Assembly (NCBI GenBank): GCA_020184695.1
Contig: JAANOX010000149.1
Coordinates: 1 to 64,000, forward strand
DNA from: Histomonas meleagridis 2922-C6/04-290x
Taxonomy: Eukaryota; Protista; Parabasalia
Length of the DNA: 64,000 bases
Direction: 5' to 3'
Shown: positions 11,618-23,265 of the stretch, piece after piece
Layout of the letters: each line of letters opens with the position of its first letter
Position numbering within the stretch: position 1 is the stretch's first letter
The notes under the pieces: model-generated
Told to the model about the DNA's origin: nothing
What the model saw: only the letters and a program-made list of their open reading frames with translations
Database searches by the model: none
Made by a program: the position numbers and the translations under genes

Positions 11618-12694
11618 TGAACCATCTGAAATGTTATATGAAAAATGAAATATTTTCGAATTTCTTTTAGTAATTAAACATATCTTTATATTTAAATTAA
11701 TAATTAACTGAAAAAAATCATCTTTTTTACTTATGAGGATAAAATCTTGGTGGCCATTTTAAAGATATTCATGTTCAGATTTTTAGGCATTTCTATTAAA
11801 CAAGAAAAGTGACAATTGTCCAAGTCTAATTGTTAAATTTTGTAAATTCTTACTATTCATAAAAACAATATCATTTAATTTAGAGATTAAAAATTAAAAA
11901 AATATTAAAATAAGTTGTACAAATTATTACACTAAAGCTTTTATATAAAATTTCATATGGAAATTATATATTTCTTATAATTTTGAAATATTTAAAAAAT
12001 AATTTAAGTACTATTGTACTTCGGTAATACTTGTATTTATTAAAATTAAAACCATGAGTTTTCACTAACTATATTAGAATTATTAAAATTTCTTGAAAAT
12101 AAAAACATTCGTTTTACACTATATTTCGGGTGGATGGACAGGTTTTCGTGTCCGATTCTGTAATTGAATCAAATATATTGTGGATATGAAATTGATGATT
12201 TGCTTTTTCTACATATATCTATAATTATCATATACAAATAAAAATCATATTAAAGAATTTTTACTTGAAATGTGATTTTCCTCAATGACTTTTTCAAACT
12301 CATAAATTGATATAATTCTTTGTTTTTATTCTTCAATCACCAGTTTTGGTACAATTATCACTTTACTTGTAATCATATTACAACTTGGGAAGACTCAACA
12401 AATTTCGTCTAGAAATAAATGTTTTTGAAAATTGCAACGCACAATGAAATACTTCGGATCTGATTAGAATCAGCATCATTAAAACATATTAAACAAAATT
12501 GCCCAAGATCTTCAAGGTTAACATTTTATGCAAATTTGTTTCTGATAATTATACATTCAATAGCATCAATTGTAGCACTTACAAAATTACATGAGTTTGG
12601 TGTTATGCCATAGATATATGTAATAACAATGGTGTTAATGATTGTCCTTATTTTATAAAAAAAGGTCATACGATAGGCAAATGAACCGAAGTCC

Positions 12695-12762
12695 GCGATA
12701 GAGCTTTTTGAACCCACAAGCGTTCAAAAAGCTCTATCGCCGGCAGTTTTCGGGGGGGGGGG
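12695..12762. other. Perfect 19-bp inverted repeat (8-nt loop) followed by a G11 run
   Basis: GCGATAGAGCTTTTTGAAC (12695-12713) / CCACAAGC / GTTCAAAAAGCTCTATCGC (12722-12740); G x11 at 12752-12762. Confidence 0.95.
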
Positions 12763-14361
12763 AGCTTGTTGTACCATATTCAATTATAATGATATCATTC
12801 TTGAATATTCTAAAGCTTATATTACCTATTTGAAACAGTGCTAAATTATTGAACTCATTTTTTTGAGGGTCATATTATTGTTACAATTCTTTAATTAAAA
12901 ATTTTGTGATAATAATTAAGGTTGATCATTGGATGCTATAATATTTGGAATTAATCCCCATTCACACATGTGTTCTTAGCGAATAGTAAAAATTGGCCAT
13001 AATCGGTGGCTAGAGTTCAGTCAATGATAGAAAATGTTTCTCATACATATAGCCTATATCCTGGGAACAAATAAGCTAATCAAGAGGATTTCTTTTATCT
13101 TTTTAAAAAACAATTAAAAATTTATTAAATTTTAATGAACATGACAACAAGTGACTTGTATTAAATATCAAATCTTGTATATTTATTTATAATTTTGCTG
13201 ATTGTGTATACTGAATTTTAACCATTAATGGAAGAATGATTTTCACCTTTTTTTCCAACCCAGAAAGTTTGTTGACAGAGTCAGTCAAATTTTTGAATGA
13301 TTGGAAAAATAATTTTTTGAAAAAGAAAATTTCGTCATAAAATAATAATCCTATGAAAAATTAGTTCACAATTGAAAAGAAGATTTGCTCCAGCGATTTG
13401 TTGCAAATGTTTTGGAATTTCTGGTGAAAATATATATGTGAGTTATTCACATTATACATGTTGAAAACTAAAACAACAAACATGATCAAATTTTTCTGTT
13501 TAATTTTAAAATGTTCAAATCATGAATTTTTAAACATCAATACAACAAAAAAATATTTACTGTTAATCATTTCCCACTCAAAAGTCAGTAGAAGTTCGAG
13601 AATTTTTTCCAGACTAATAAAAAAACAAAATTAAAGCCTCAAAAATAGAAATTCTCCTTATTTTGACTATGTCTGTTACCTATTTTGACTATGCTTGTTT
13701 CCATTTTTGACTTTATTTATTGTGCTTTATGAATGTTTTTGAAAACTTTTTTCTAATTAAATACACTTGCTATAATTGACTTTATGATATCCCATTGCTA
13801 AATAGGTATTAACATTAAAACAAAATAAAATCTTTCATAAACCCCATAAAATAAAAGTATAATTACTCAAATGTTTACTAAAAAAACGCACTACCTTTAG
13901 AAACTTAATTATTGACCTATTTTATATTAAAATTTCGAAAGCAAACATTTAATTAATCGTTTTTCCAAAATTTAATATTCCATAAATAGCATCAAAATTT
14001 ATAAAAGCTCACATAATTCCAATACAAGCCAATTATTAACTGTGTTACATTTATCAAAATTAAATTATAATTAAGTTTAATTTGCTCCAAATCAAGAAAT
14101 TATCATTACCTTTCCAAAGAAAAAATTAATAATTTTCCGGTCAAAATCATTACCGCTTATTTTTCTTTATTAAATAATTGTGTAGGGTACTTTTTCGGTG
14201 ATGTCGTGTAAACTTGATCGCATTGTTGTTTGAATAACGATAACTCCTCAGAAAATACAACTAGGAGGGGTTGGTCGCTCAACCTTTTCAATAGAAATTG
14301 AAAGGGACCATTTGTGCATTGAATATTCAAAAGACTTAATTGGTTGATCATAAAATAAAAG

Positions 14362-16170
14362 ATGCCTCCAATGCAACGTGTCTTTGCAACCCAAGGTTCT
14401 AATGATGGAGATTATGAACTGAAGGGTGGAGAATTTGGAAAATGTATCGGACTTATGAAGCACAAAGTCTTATTTGTTATTTCAATTATCTTAAGTGTAC
14501 TTCATGGTGCTTCTCCATTGCTTATGAACGTAGTTATGGGTGATATGATGAACTCTATGACTACAGTTACAGGTGACGCAGGAATTGATCTTGATTTTAT
14601 TACAAATTTATGTATAGAAATGATTGTTATTATTGCTATTATGACAGTTATTCAAATTCTTTCAATGACAGCTAGAATTATTGCAGGTACTGCTTACTTC
14701 GCAGATTTAAGATTAAGAATGTTCGAAAATCTTGTAAAACAAGATATTCCTTATTTCGATAAAGTACCCACTGGTGTTCTTGTCGGACGTATTGCTGAAG
14801 ATGTTGTTTTAATTCGTGAAACTTATGTTGATAAATTCTCTCAAGTTATTCAATCAGCAGCCCAATCCATTGCCGGTATTATCTTAGCCTTTTGCACCGT
14901 ATGGCGTGTTACGTTAGTCTGTTGTGTAGTTATTCCATTATGTGCCATTACATTTATCGTTGGTTCCAAATGTATTGATAAGCTTTGGATTGAATACAAT
15001 GATTCCTCGACCGCCTGTTCCACCAAAGCCGAAGAAGTTATTACCCAAATTCGTACAGTCAAATCTTTTGATTGCGAGTTACATGAATTTGAACTTTATT
15101 CTCAAAGTCTTGATAGTGTTTACGGTGTATATAAGAAGACATCATTAGCCCATGGTATTAAGGATGGACTTATCACATTATTTGTCTGGTTAATGATTGC
15201 AGTTTTAATTTATTATGTTTCATGGATGATTGTTGCTGAGCCATATTTAGGTGTACAACCGGGTGATATCATGATCTTAATGATGTCAATGATGTTAGGA
15301 ACAATGGGTGTTTCGACAGCTTTAAGTTCTATCGATGACTTTGATAAGGCTCGAATTTCCGCATCAAAAATCCTCGACATTGTCACCAGGAAGCCTCAAG
15401 TCGATAACGATGAAGGCGCTGATTCGATTCATGGCAACAAAACCATTGAAGGCACCATTGAATTCCGCGATGTTTCGTTTAAGTATGAAAGTAATGATCA
15501 ATATGCTGTCCAACATTTAAGCTTTAAAGTTAATGCTGGTGAAAATGTTGCACTTGTTGGTGAATCAGGCTGTGGGAAATCGACAACGTTACAATTATTA
15601 CAACGATTTTATGAAGTCGAAAGTGGTGAAATATTAATCGATGGCGTTAACATCACTGAATTATCACCACATTTCTTAAGAAGTCAAATTGCTGTTGTTC
15701 CACAAGGTCCTGTTTTATACTCAATGAGTATCGAAGATAACATTAAATTTGCACGTCCTGACGCTACAAATGAAGAAATGCAAAAGGCAGCTAAACTTGG
15801 TAACGCGCATAGCTTCATCATGGAACAGCCACATAACTATCACCAAACAGTACAACAGACTTCATTATCTGGCGGTCAGAAGCAAAGAATTTGTATCTCA
15901 AGAGCTATCTTAATGGACGCGCCAATCCTTTTGTTGGATGAGGCAACAGCAGCTTTGGATACTGAGTCAGAACAATTGGTGCAACAGTCGCTCGAAAAGA
16001 TCCGCCACGGAAAGACAGCTATAATGGTTGCGCATAGATTGGCTACTGTTATTAACTCTGATCGTATCTTTGTGTTTAAGGATGGCAGAGTTATCGAAAC
16101 AGGTACACATAAAGAACTACTCGCGAAGAATGGAATTTACGCAGATTTGGTGAAATATCAATTACAATAA
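14362..16170 (+). CDS. Half-size ABCB (MDR/TAP-like) transporter, TMD-NBD
   Basis: Six TM helices; Walker A GESGCGKST, signature LSGGQKQR, Walker B ILLLDEAT, H-loop VAHRL. Confidence 0.95.
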   Translation: MPPMQRVFATQGSNDGDYELKGGEFGKCIGLMKHKVLFVISIILSVLHGASPLLMNVVMGDMMNSMTTVTGDAGIDLDFITNLCIEMIVIIAIMTVIQILSMTARIIAGTAYFADLRLRMFENLVKQDIPYFDKVPTGVLVGRIAEDVVLIRETYVDKFSQVIQSAAQSIAGIILAFCTVWRVTLVCCVVIPLCAITFIVGSKCIDKLWIEYNDSSTACSTKAEEVITQIRTVKSFDCELHEFELYSQSLDSVYGVYKKTSLAHGIKDGLITLFVWLMIAVLIYYVSWMIVAEPYLGVQPGDIMILMMSMMLGTMGVSTALSSIDDFDKARISASKILDIVTRKPQVDNDEGADSIHGNKTIEGTIEFRDVSFKYESNDQYAVQHLSFKVNAGENVALVGESGCGKSTTLQLLQRFYEVESGEILIDGVNITELSPHFLRSQIAVVPQGPVLYSMSIEDNIKFARPDATNEEMQKAAKLGNAHSFIMEQPHNYHQTVQQTSLSGGQKQRICISRAILMDAPILLLDEATAALDTESEQLVQQSLEKIRHGKTAIMVAHRLATVINSDRIFVFKDGRVIETGTHKELLAKNGIYADLVKYQLQ

Positions 16171-16212
16171 AAATCATATGAACTTTTGAAAAATTAAATA
16201 GATAATTTTTAT

Positions 16213-17307
16213 CTAAACGGTCAGCGCAGCAGCAATGAGAAATGTGATGAGGGCGAAACAGAAGGTGCGCGACTTGGACCCATGCGAAGTTTTACCTCCA
16301 TCATCACCTCCTTCACTTGATTCTGTGATATGGAATATTTTGTCATCACTAAGTGTATAATTAATGTTTTTCGGGATCCCTGTGATATTAATGAAATTTC
16401 GATTAAGATCTGATGCAAGAAGTGTTAAATTGAAGTTTCGAACATTTTCCCATTTTCCTATGAATTCAAATCCTATTGTTGTATTACGATCATATTTGTT
16501 ATGATTGTAGAAATATAAATTAAAAGTTCCATTATATAATTCTGATTGAAACAAATCATTCGGTTCATCAAAATATATTTTGATTGATCTTGGTTCTGTA
16601 ACTCCTTCTGGAAGAACCATGTAAATAATTGATGATACATATATATAAGGAGAAATCATAATTGAAATGTCTTTTGTAAGCGTATATGTTGAATCAATTG
16701 TAACATTATTTTCATAAAAGTGAATAGTTTTAAGATATTTTTCTAAAAATATTTTGTTTTCAGAATGTGATTGTGGACGTTGTAAGATTGAAACATTCGA
16801 AATAATAAGATTATTTGCTGTAACTTCACCACTTAATTCAGTGTTACATTCAGGATTTATGCAATCAACTGCTAATGTATGAAATTTAATATTATCAGCG
16901 AAATTTGTTTTTGCTCTAACATAAACAAATGGAATTGACTTTGATACATTCTTTGTTTTAGATTTTATTTCTATTGTTTCAGCAGACATAAGTTGAATGA
17001 TTTTATCATCAACATTACTTATATCAATAGAAACACTATTATTAAAATCAATTAATATTTGTGAAAAGTTCTTTGAAAGATCAGAAAGTAAAACATCTTT
17101 TTTACTATCAGGAATAAATTCATCAACAACACCAGAAACTGCTTCAATTGCATCTTTACATAATTTTTGATAATGAGCATCATCTGGATATTTTTTAGCC
17201 ATTTCTTTATAAATATCTGCATATGATTCAGAAGTTCCGTTTTCATATCCATAGAAAATGTATTTGAATGAAATACTAGAAACAGCACTACAAAAGAATA
17301 GAAACAT
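16213..17307 (-). CDS. Putative surface protein (short N-terminal signal, many N-x-S/T sites, hydrophobic C-terminal anchor)
   Basis: MFLFFCSAVSS... start; ends FCFALITFLIAAALTV; degenerate paralogue at 34021-34700. Confidence 0.7.
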   Translation of the reverse strand: MFLFFCSAVSSISFKYIFYGYENGTSESYADIYKEMAKKYPDDAHYQKLCKDAIEAVSGVVDEFIPDSKKDVLLSDLSKNFSQILIDFNNSVSIDISNVDDKIIQLMSAETIEIKSKTKNVSKSIPFVYVRAKTNFADNIKFHTLAVDCINPECNTELSGEVTANNLIISNVSILQRPQSHSENKIFLEKYLKTIHFYENNVTIDSTYTLTKDISIMISPYIYVSSIIYMVLPEGVTEPRSIKIYFDEPNDLFQSELYNGTFNLYFYNHNKYDRNTTIGFEFIGKWENVRNFNLTLLASDLNRNFINITGIPKNINYTLSDDKIFHITESSEGGDDGGKTSHGSKSRTFCFALITFLIAAALTV

Positions 17308-18624
17308 TTTAAATTATAAAAATCACATAACTTTTAAAAATAGGAAATTTTTATTCAAACAAAATGAGACAAGTTCTATTCGTCTCATATTAATTGATTT
17401 TATTTTATTTTATTTAAGTCCTATAATTAGTTTTAAATTTTGGTTTAATATTTCTTCACTAATTTGTTGAATATTTTCGAGTTCTGTCTCAAGATTTTCA
17501 TTTTCAAATTCTTCTTCAATCCTTTCAAATGTTTTCGTGACTGAAAATGGTTTTCGTGTTAATTTAACAACAAGTTGATTGATGAAATCAGAATAATCGT
17601 CTGGAAATTCATTCGTGTCGTCAATAATCTCTGTAATCGTATCAATGATTAGTTGAACATTTTTCATGATGATCTGAAAAATTTTTGTCGTTTTATCTTT
17701 GAAGTTTGAAAATAAAAAAATTCTTTCACATTATGTCTTGCATTATTACAAAGAGTTTCATAAATTGATTTTTGGTAAATAACTTTCAATGAAAGATTTT
17801 TAAATTAAATGAATTTGTAAAATAATTTTTCTTCACTTGATAAAAAAATCCTTCTGAATAATCATCAAGAAAAATTGTACCGAAATTGTTCTGTCTCTTC
17901 TTCTGTTTCATTTTCTGATGAAATTGAAAGATTTTGTTCAAGTTTGAGAAAATCTGAAATTGTAGACGATATAAAAGAATCTTCTGTTTGAATATTATCA
18001 ATATCTACTTTATCATCATAATTCTTTTTAGCAAGTTTATCTATTCCTTTCAAAAGACAAAACTCTTGGAACTTTTCTTCTAAAACTTTATTATTCGTTC
18101 GCCAATTATTTTCATTATGCTTCGCTTTTAATTTCGTTTTGTGATGGTTAGTTTTAGTTTTAGCTTCATTGATTTGTTTCTTCTTTTTTGTGTTAACAAT
18201 TTTCTTATTTCTTTTTTGATTGTGATTTTCTTGAATATGATTTTTTTGTTGAACACCATCTGGACCTCTATTTAAAATTTTTAATAAAATAACCTGTATA
18301 ATTACCTCGTTTTTGGAATTCGTAACAATGAAAAAAATATCGGCCGTTTACTATTTTTATTTTGAAACAAAAAGTGACAACGCAATTTTTGTAATTCATT
18401 CAACATAAATCATTCAATTCAAAGAAAAATAAATTTTAATGTTTAATGTTAGTAATATATCATTAAAATAAGGAAAATTTCATCGTGATCGAAAAATATA
18501 TTGAACAATAACTTATCTATAACGAACAATAAAAATATTTAATAAGTCATTTTATTATATTTTGGTTAACAAAATTTTACATTTTATAACAACATTTTCT
18601 GTAGTTTTGCCAACTTTGCCTTCG
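17275..18624 (-). repeat. Inverted duplication arm A (near-identical to 32716-34053); more diverged homology extends to about 16300 and 18670
   Basis: Reverse complement aligns with arm B; the only differences noticed are homopolymer length changes. Confidence 0.95.
17410..18400 (-). pseudogene. Frameshifted copy of the hypothetical gene at 32942-33918 (possibly assembly indels)
   Basis: ORF pieces 17865-18053, 17786-18001 and 17410-17667 reproduce the arm-B protein in shifting frames. Confidence 0.7.
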
Positions 18625-18822
18625 TCATGAAATGTTTCACGTTTTGCAATATATTTCCATTTCTTCTCTTATATATTATTCGAAAATATGTATGGAATTT
18701 ATAAAAACGCCAAACAGATATATTTCTCTATCAAAAAAACATCAATAACAGAAAGATTAATTGCCACTAATTTATTCCATGATCATTTCCACATAGAAAT
18801 ATTTTGTTTTAAAACAAATTTT

Positions 18823-21132
18823 TTATTGATCAGTTTTTTTACAATTATTTTCTTTTTCGAGTAAAAGTCTATAGTGTTGTGAAATTTCGCTGTTTTTCAT
18901 TAAAATACATTTTAGCTGTGCCGGGAATACTTTTTTAATTTCACCAAACAGAACATGTACCGAACCCGAAATACTCGAATAAATGAAATCGAATTCCATA
19001 ACGTTCATTAGGAATGAATTGGCTAAGGCGAACGTTAACTTGTGAGGGAATTTCCCGAGTAAACAGGCGATAAAGTTTGCCATTTGTGACAACATCAAAC
19101 AGATTTCGGTGTCAATTTCCTGTAACGTATTGAAAACGCTTTGTATCAAATTATGAACTAAAACAATAATTTGATTTAAAAATGGTCTAAAATCAATGAC
19201 TTTCATTGAGTATTCGAGCGTTTCGAAAATCGTTTGATATATATCAGGTTGTAATTGTTTTGATAAAAGTGCAATAATTTTTTGCAATAAAAATGGTTTA
19301 AATTCTATCGGAAGATCAGTTTGTAATATCAGAGAAGCAGATGCATTAATTATAGTTTTGACATCTATTATTTCAAAATTATCAAATAATGTAAATAATG
19401 AATTAACTAAAAGTTGCAGATTTTGTATAACTAAATCTGGAAAACGTATCGAGTAATAACATATGACTGATAACTCAGAGCCAGTTGGTGACTTATTATA
19501 TACAAAAAAGCACATTTCATATAACATTTGAAAATAATTTTTAATGTTTGGAGCGTTCGAATCGCGGATTATTAGCGCCAATAGTTTACATATTGAGCTA
19601 ATAATGCTTATATTTTGTTCAAAATTTTGTAACGAATATTTAAATAAGGTAATCATAAATTCAAAAATTGGTTCAACCATATCAACATGAGCTTTACCAA
19701 ATGAAAAACATTGGATAACCCTTTGAATGATAAATGATGATGGACCTGAAATTATGATTTGACAAAGATGTTGAAATAATTCTTTCTCATGATGGAAACA
19801 TTCGGCTAATGATATTTGATTTAATAAGGTAAATGTTAAATCTAAAATTGGTTCTACATCAGGATATAAATGGAATAAAATAAGCATAAACTGTTCATAT
19901 TCAGCATAATTAGTTTGATATAAATAATATCCAGCGTTTTCAATTGAGTAATATCGAACGCGTGGGCTTACATCTTGCATTCCTTGAAGTAGCCATTCTT
20001 TAGTTGCAGGACTAATTAATGCTTGGTTGTTCGGATTAACATTAAATATAACAAGGAGAAGTTTATATGAAACTTCACGACAATTAGGGTTGACATTTCG
20101 AATATTATTTCCGATATATGGCAGAATAAAATTAGATGTAAGTTGTGGTTGAGTTTGATATAATTCCTTTATACATTGCAAAAATGAATGGTATGGTTCC
20201 CACTCTTCCGCAAATGAAACTTCGGATGTTGTTATATTTTCAGCGATTGACACGAAAAGTGGCAAAAAATTGGCACAAATGTATTCTTGAATTTGTGGTG
20301 GCTCAGATTCAATTCGTTCAGCCAGAAAAAGAGAAATAGAATTATATATATCAGAAGAAAGATTTGGATTATGTAGATCTTGGTTTACAACTTCAAGAAC
20401 TCGTACTCCAATTTGACAAAAAAAAGTTGGGCAACTTCGAGATAACGAATTAACAAAATCTAAAATCGTTTTCTTAAGTTCTACAACTTGATAAAGTGGA
20501 AATATTTGATTAAAGAATTCAAGAATATTTGTGATTTGCGGCATATCAAGTTGTGCAAAAAGTAGAAGTGTTGAGTCAATCAAGGAAACGTCGTTGTTGA
20601 ACGTAGGCCATTTTTGTATTACTGAGTGGAATAAATTTTTTTGTGATTCAATTTCAATTTCAAATTTCTTAAATATTTCTGTGAGACAATATGATATAGA
20701 AAGAATGAGTTGAATAGAACAATTCCCTTGTAACATTTCAATGAATTTATGAACAAAATTAAACTCTGTTAATACTTTAAGATACATTGTAGAAATAGCA
20801 ATAGAAAAAATATACGTGGCTTGTTTCCGTGTAGCTTCGTGCGTGGATTCAAAGTATTTCATTGAAATTTGGATTATTCTTAAAATTGCAGCTTCTGGTA
20901 AAAACCCATTATTCTTATTATTAATTGAAGCTTCTAAATATTTACGAATAATTGTGAATGCAATGAATATTATGTTTTTTGGAATATTTTCTGTTGACTC
21001 CAAAATTAATAAATTTGCTTCAAAAAAATTCGGATCATAATTAATTAAAAATTCATTAACAATCCTTAATGCTTCTACATAACCTTGATTATTTGGATCA
21101 GATGCACTTACTAAAAGATTTACAACAGACAT
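18823..21132 (-). CDS. Importin-beta-like HEAT-repeat protein
   Basis: IBN_N-like start (LLVSASDPNNQGYVEALRIVNEF); HEAT motifs NPNCREVSYKLL and MQDVSPRVRYYS. Confidence 0.65.
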   Translation of the reverse strand: MSVVNLLVSASDPNNQGYVEALRIVNEFLINYDPNFFEANLLILESTENIPKNIIFIAFTIIRKYLEASINNKNNGFLPEAAILRIIQISMKYFESTHEATRKQATYIFSIAISTMYLKVLTEFNFVHKFIEMLQGNCSIQLILSISYCLTEIFKKFEIEIESQKNLFHSVIQKWPTFNNDVSLIDSTLLLFAQLDMPQITNILEFFNQIFPLYQVVELKKTILDFVNSLSRSCPTFFCQIGVRVLEVVNQDLHNPNLSSDIYNSISLFLAERIESEPPQIQEYICANFLPLFVSIAENITTSEVSFAEEWEPYHSFLQCIKELYQTQPQLTSNFILPYIGNNIRNVNPNCREVSYKLLLVIFNVNPNNQALISPATKEWLLQGMQDVSPRVRYYSIENAGYYLYQTNYAEYEQFMLILFHLYPDVEPILDLTFTLLNQISLAECFHHEKELFQHLCQIIISGPSSFIIQRVIQCFSFGKAHVDMVEPIFEFMITLFKYSLQNFEQNISIISSICKLLALIIRDSNAPNIKNYFQMLYEMCFFVYNKSPTGSELSVICYYSIRFPDLVIQNLQLLVNSLFTLFDNFEIIDVKTIINASASLILQTDLPIEFKPFLLQKIIALLSKQLQPDIYQTIFETLEYSMKVIDFRPFLNQIIVLVHNLIQSVFNTLQEIDTEICLMLSQMANFIACLLGKFPHKLTFALANSFLMNVMEFDFIYSSISGSVHVLFGEIKKVFPAQLKCILMKNSEISQHYRLLLEKENNCKKTDQ

Positions 21133-21216
21133 TAACCTTGATTTCTCGATTCTGTAAACCTAAGAAATGTTAAAAAATTAAACGTATATCAAACAATTGT
21201 TTTTAAAATCTTTTTA

Positions 21217-22014
21217 ATGGAAAAGAAAACAACATCAATCATTAAAAAAAGATTACCTACTCTTAAAAAAACCGGTAGACTATCTTTAGCTAATGAAAAA
21301 GAATTTAAATTATTAGATCTTGCACAAATACATTGTTTATCAATCTTAAAAATTCTTGATATCAGAGGGACATACATTTCTTCAATTGAAGGACTTCCGC
21401 TTCTTCCAAGCATTCACACTTTTATTGCAGATAATTCACAAATATCATCACTTTTAAATTTTTCATCGGTATCAAATGCATCAAAAATAAGTCTTAAAAA
21501 CACTCCAATTTCAAAATCATCAAATTATAAATTAGCTATTCTTTTAGTATGCCCAAATTTGGTTTCTATTAATAATACAATAATAACGGAATCACTCAAG
21601 AAAAAAAGTCAAACATATCCGCATGGTACAATTAGGAAACTCATAGACAAGGGATGGGTACTTGAATATCCATGTCCAACACAAGAAAGACTCCAAGAAC
21701 TCATGGAACAATATCATATTGAAAATGAGGAAATCATTTTTCACGAAGAAAGTAAATCACTTACAGATAATGAAAACGAAGAAGATATCGATTTTGATAT
21801 GTGCATAGATGAACTTAGGAACAAACAAGAAAAAATGTTTTTGGAGGCAGAACATCTTTTTGATCTTGATGATCAAATGCTTAATAAGTCATCGCTTGAT
21901 GAAAATTTGGAGAAATTGTTCAAAAGCAATGGAATAATGGTTGACTTAAAAAGCAATGCATCTGTTGAAGAAACGCATCAAGGGGTTCATTCCATTGTTT
22001 CTCTTACAGGCTAA
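21217..22014 (+). CDS. Small leucine-rich-repeat protein with acidic C-terminus
   Basis: LKILDIRGTYISSIEGLP, IHTFIADNSQISSL, ASKISLKNTPIS; LRRcap-like LVSINNTII. Confidence 0.7.
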   Translation: MEKKTTSIIKKRLPTLKKTGRLSLANEKEFKLLDLAQIHCLSILKILDIRGTYISSIEGLPLLPSIHTFIADNSQISSLLNFSSVSNASKISLKNTPISKSSNYKLAILLVCPNLVSINNTIITESLKKKSQTYPHGTIRKLIDKGWVLEYPCPTQERLQELMEQYHIENEEIIFHEESKSLTDNENEEDIDFDMCIDELRNKQEKMFLEAEHLFDLDDQMLNKSSLDENLEKLFKSNGIMVDLKSNASVEETHQGVHSIVSLTG

Positions 22015-22326
22015 AAGGTATTTCCGGTTAGAAGCATTTTTGTAAGTAAATTTTTTAATTAGAAATAAAAGAGTTAAACAATATCCAATGATTATAAATG
22101 TTGTAAGCTAGATGAATTGTGTCATAATTTTACGTTCCTCTGTAGTTACTATCAGCATAAAAACACATTTTTTTGTGAAAAGAGAATTGTGAACGTTTAT
22201 ATTTGTCACTTTTATATTTTGGCTGTTTTACATTAAGAAAACAGAGCTTGTCAAAACTCTTTATGGGAGAAATAAAATGAAAAAAAGAAGTATGGAGGAA
22301 ACTGAAGAAGCAATTTATTTATCCAT

Positions 22327-22644
22327 TTAGTCAAAGAGATCATCAAATCCACCCATCATTTCAACGACTTCTTCTTCTTCCTTCTTCTTCTCTTCTTCTT
22401 TCTTTTCTTCAGCAGCACCTGTTGAAGCGCCAGCAGCTGGAGCAGCACCACCAAGAGCTGTGCCCTTAACGAGTTCAGTGATATCGTGGTTCTTGAAATA
22501 TTCAGCAAAAAGATCAACCCAGTATGATTCAAGTTTAACGCCAGCAGCACTTATGATCTTGTTGATCTTGTCTGCTGTGATTTCAATTCCATCATCATTA
22601 AGAATGAGGGCTGCATAAACAACAGCTAATTCTGGAGAGGCCAT
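22327..22644 (-). CDS. RPLP1: 60S acidic ribosomal protein P1
   Basis: ELAVVYAALILNDDGIEITADKI, Ala-rich hinge, acidic tail ending GGFDDLFD. Confidence 0.95.
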   Translation of the reverse strand: MASPELAVVYAALILNDDGIEITADKINKIISAAGVKLESYWVDLFAEYFKNHDITELVKGTALGGAAPAAGASTGAAEEKKEEEKKKEEEEVVEMMGGFDDLFD

Positions 22645-23265
22645 CTAAGATAAGGCCGTCAAAACCGTAACAAAAAGGTTCCGTTATGGGGTGCCCTTGT
22701 GTCAAATAGCTAACCGATTATATCATTGAAAATTGAGAGGCATACGATTAATATCTTATCTAATCATGTAGGTGTGAATTACGAATTAATACTTATTAAT
22801 ATGACTTAGCTTTAAAAACAATTGAACACTAATCAGAGACAGCCAAATTTTATTAGAACATTTGAAATTCAATTATGTTAACATTTAGTCAGTTTTACAA
22901 AGGTTTCCTTTATAAAGAGTTTTTGTGCTATACAATAACATATAATTACATATTTTATATGTAAAAATATGGTTTGATCATTTTTATATAAAAATATTTT
23001 TTTGATACTTAATTCAATGGTTTATGTGGATTTTGAGTTCAAAAGCATCAGTTGGGTTGAAATCTATCGTTAAGATATTCAATTTTAGTCAGCGAAAAGT
23101 AACAATTTGAATACTTATCGTCGTTGTTAATGGATTGAATGGTTGTAAAATTACATTTTTGCAAAAATGTCGACTTCCAAATTAGCCTCAACCAACATTT
23201 TCTTGCATAACTTAGCATCAGGGCCGACACCTCAGAAATTATTTCAATCATTTTGTATCGTGTTG

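Noticed and set aside
12526-12717. 63-aa ORF containing IADFG (kinase DFG-like)
   Set aside because: No other kinase subdomains; the motif is a reading of the hairpin flank.
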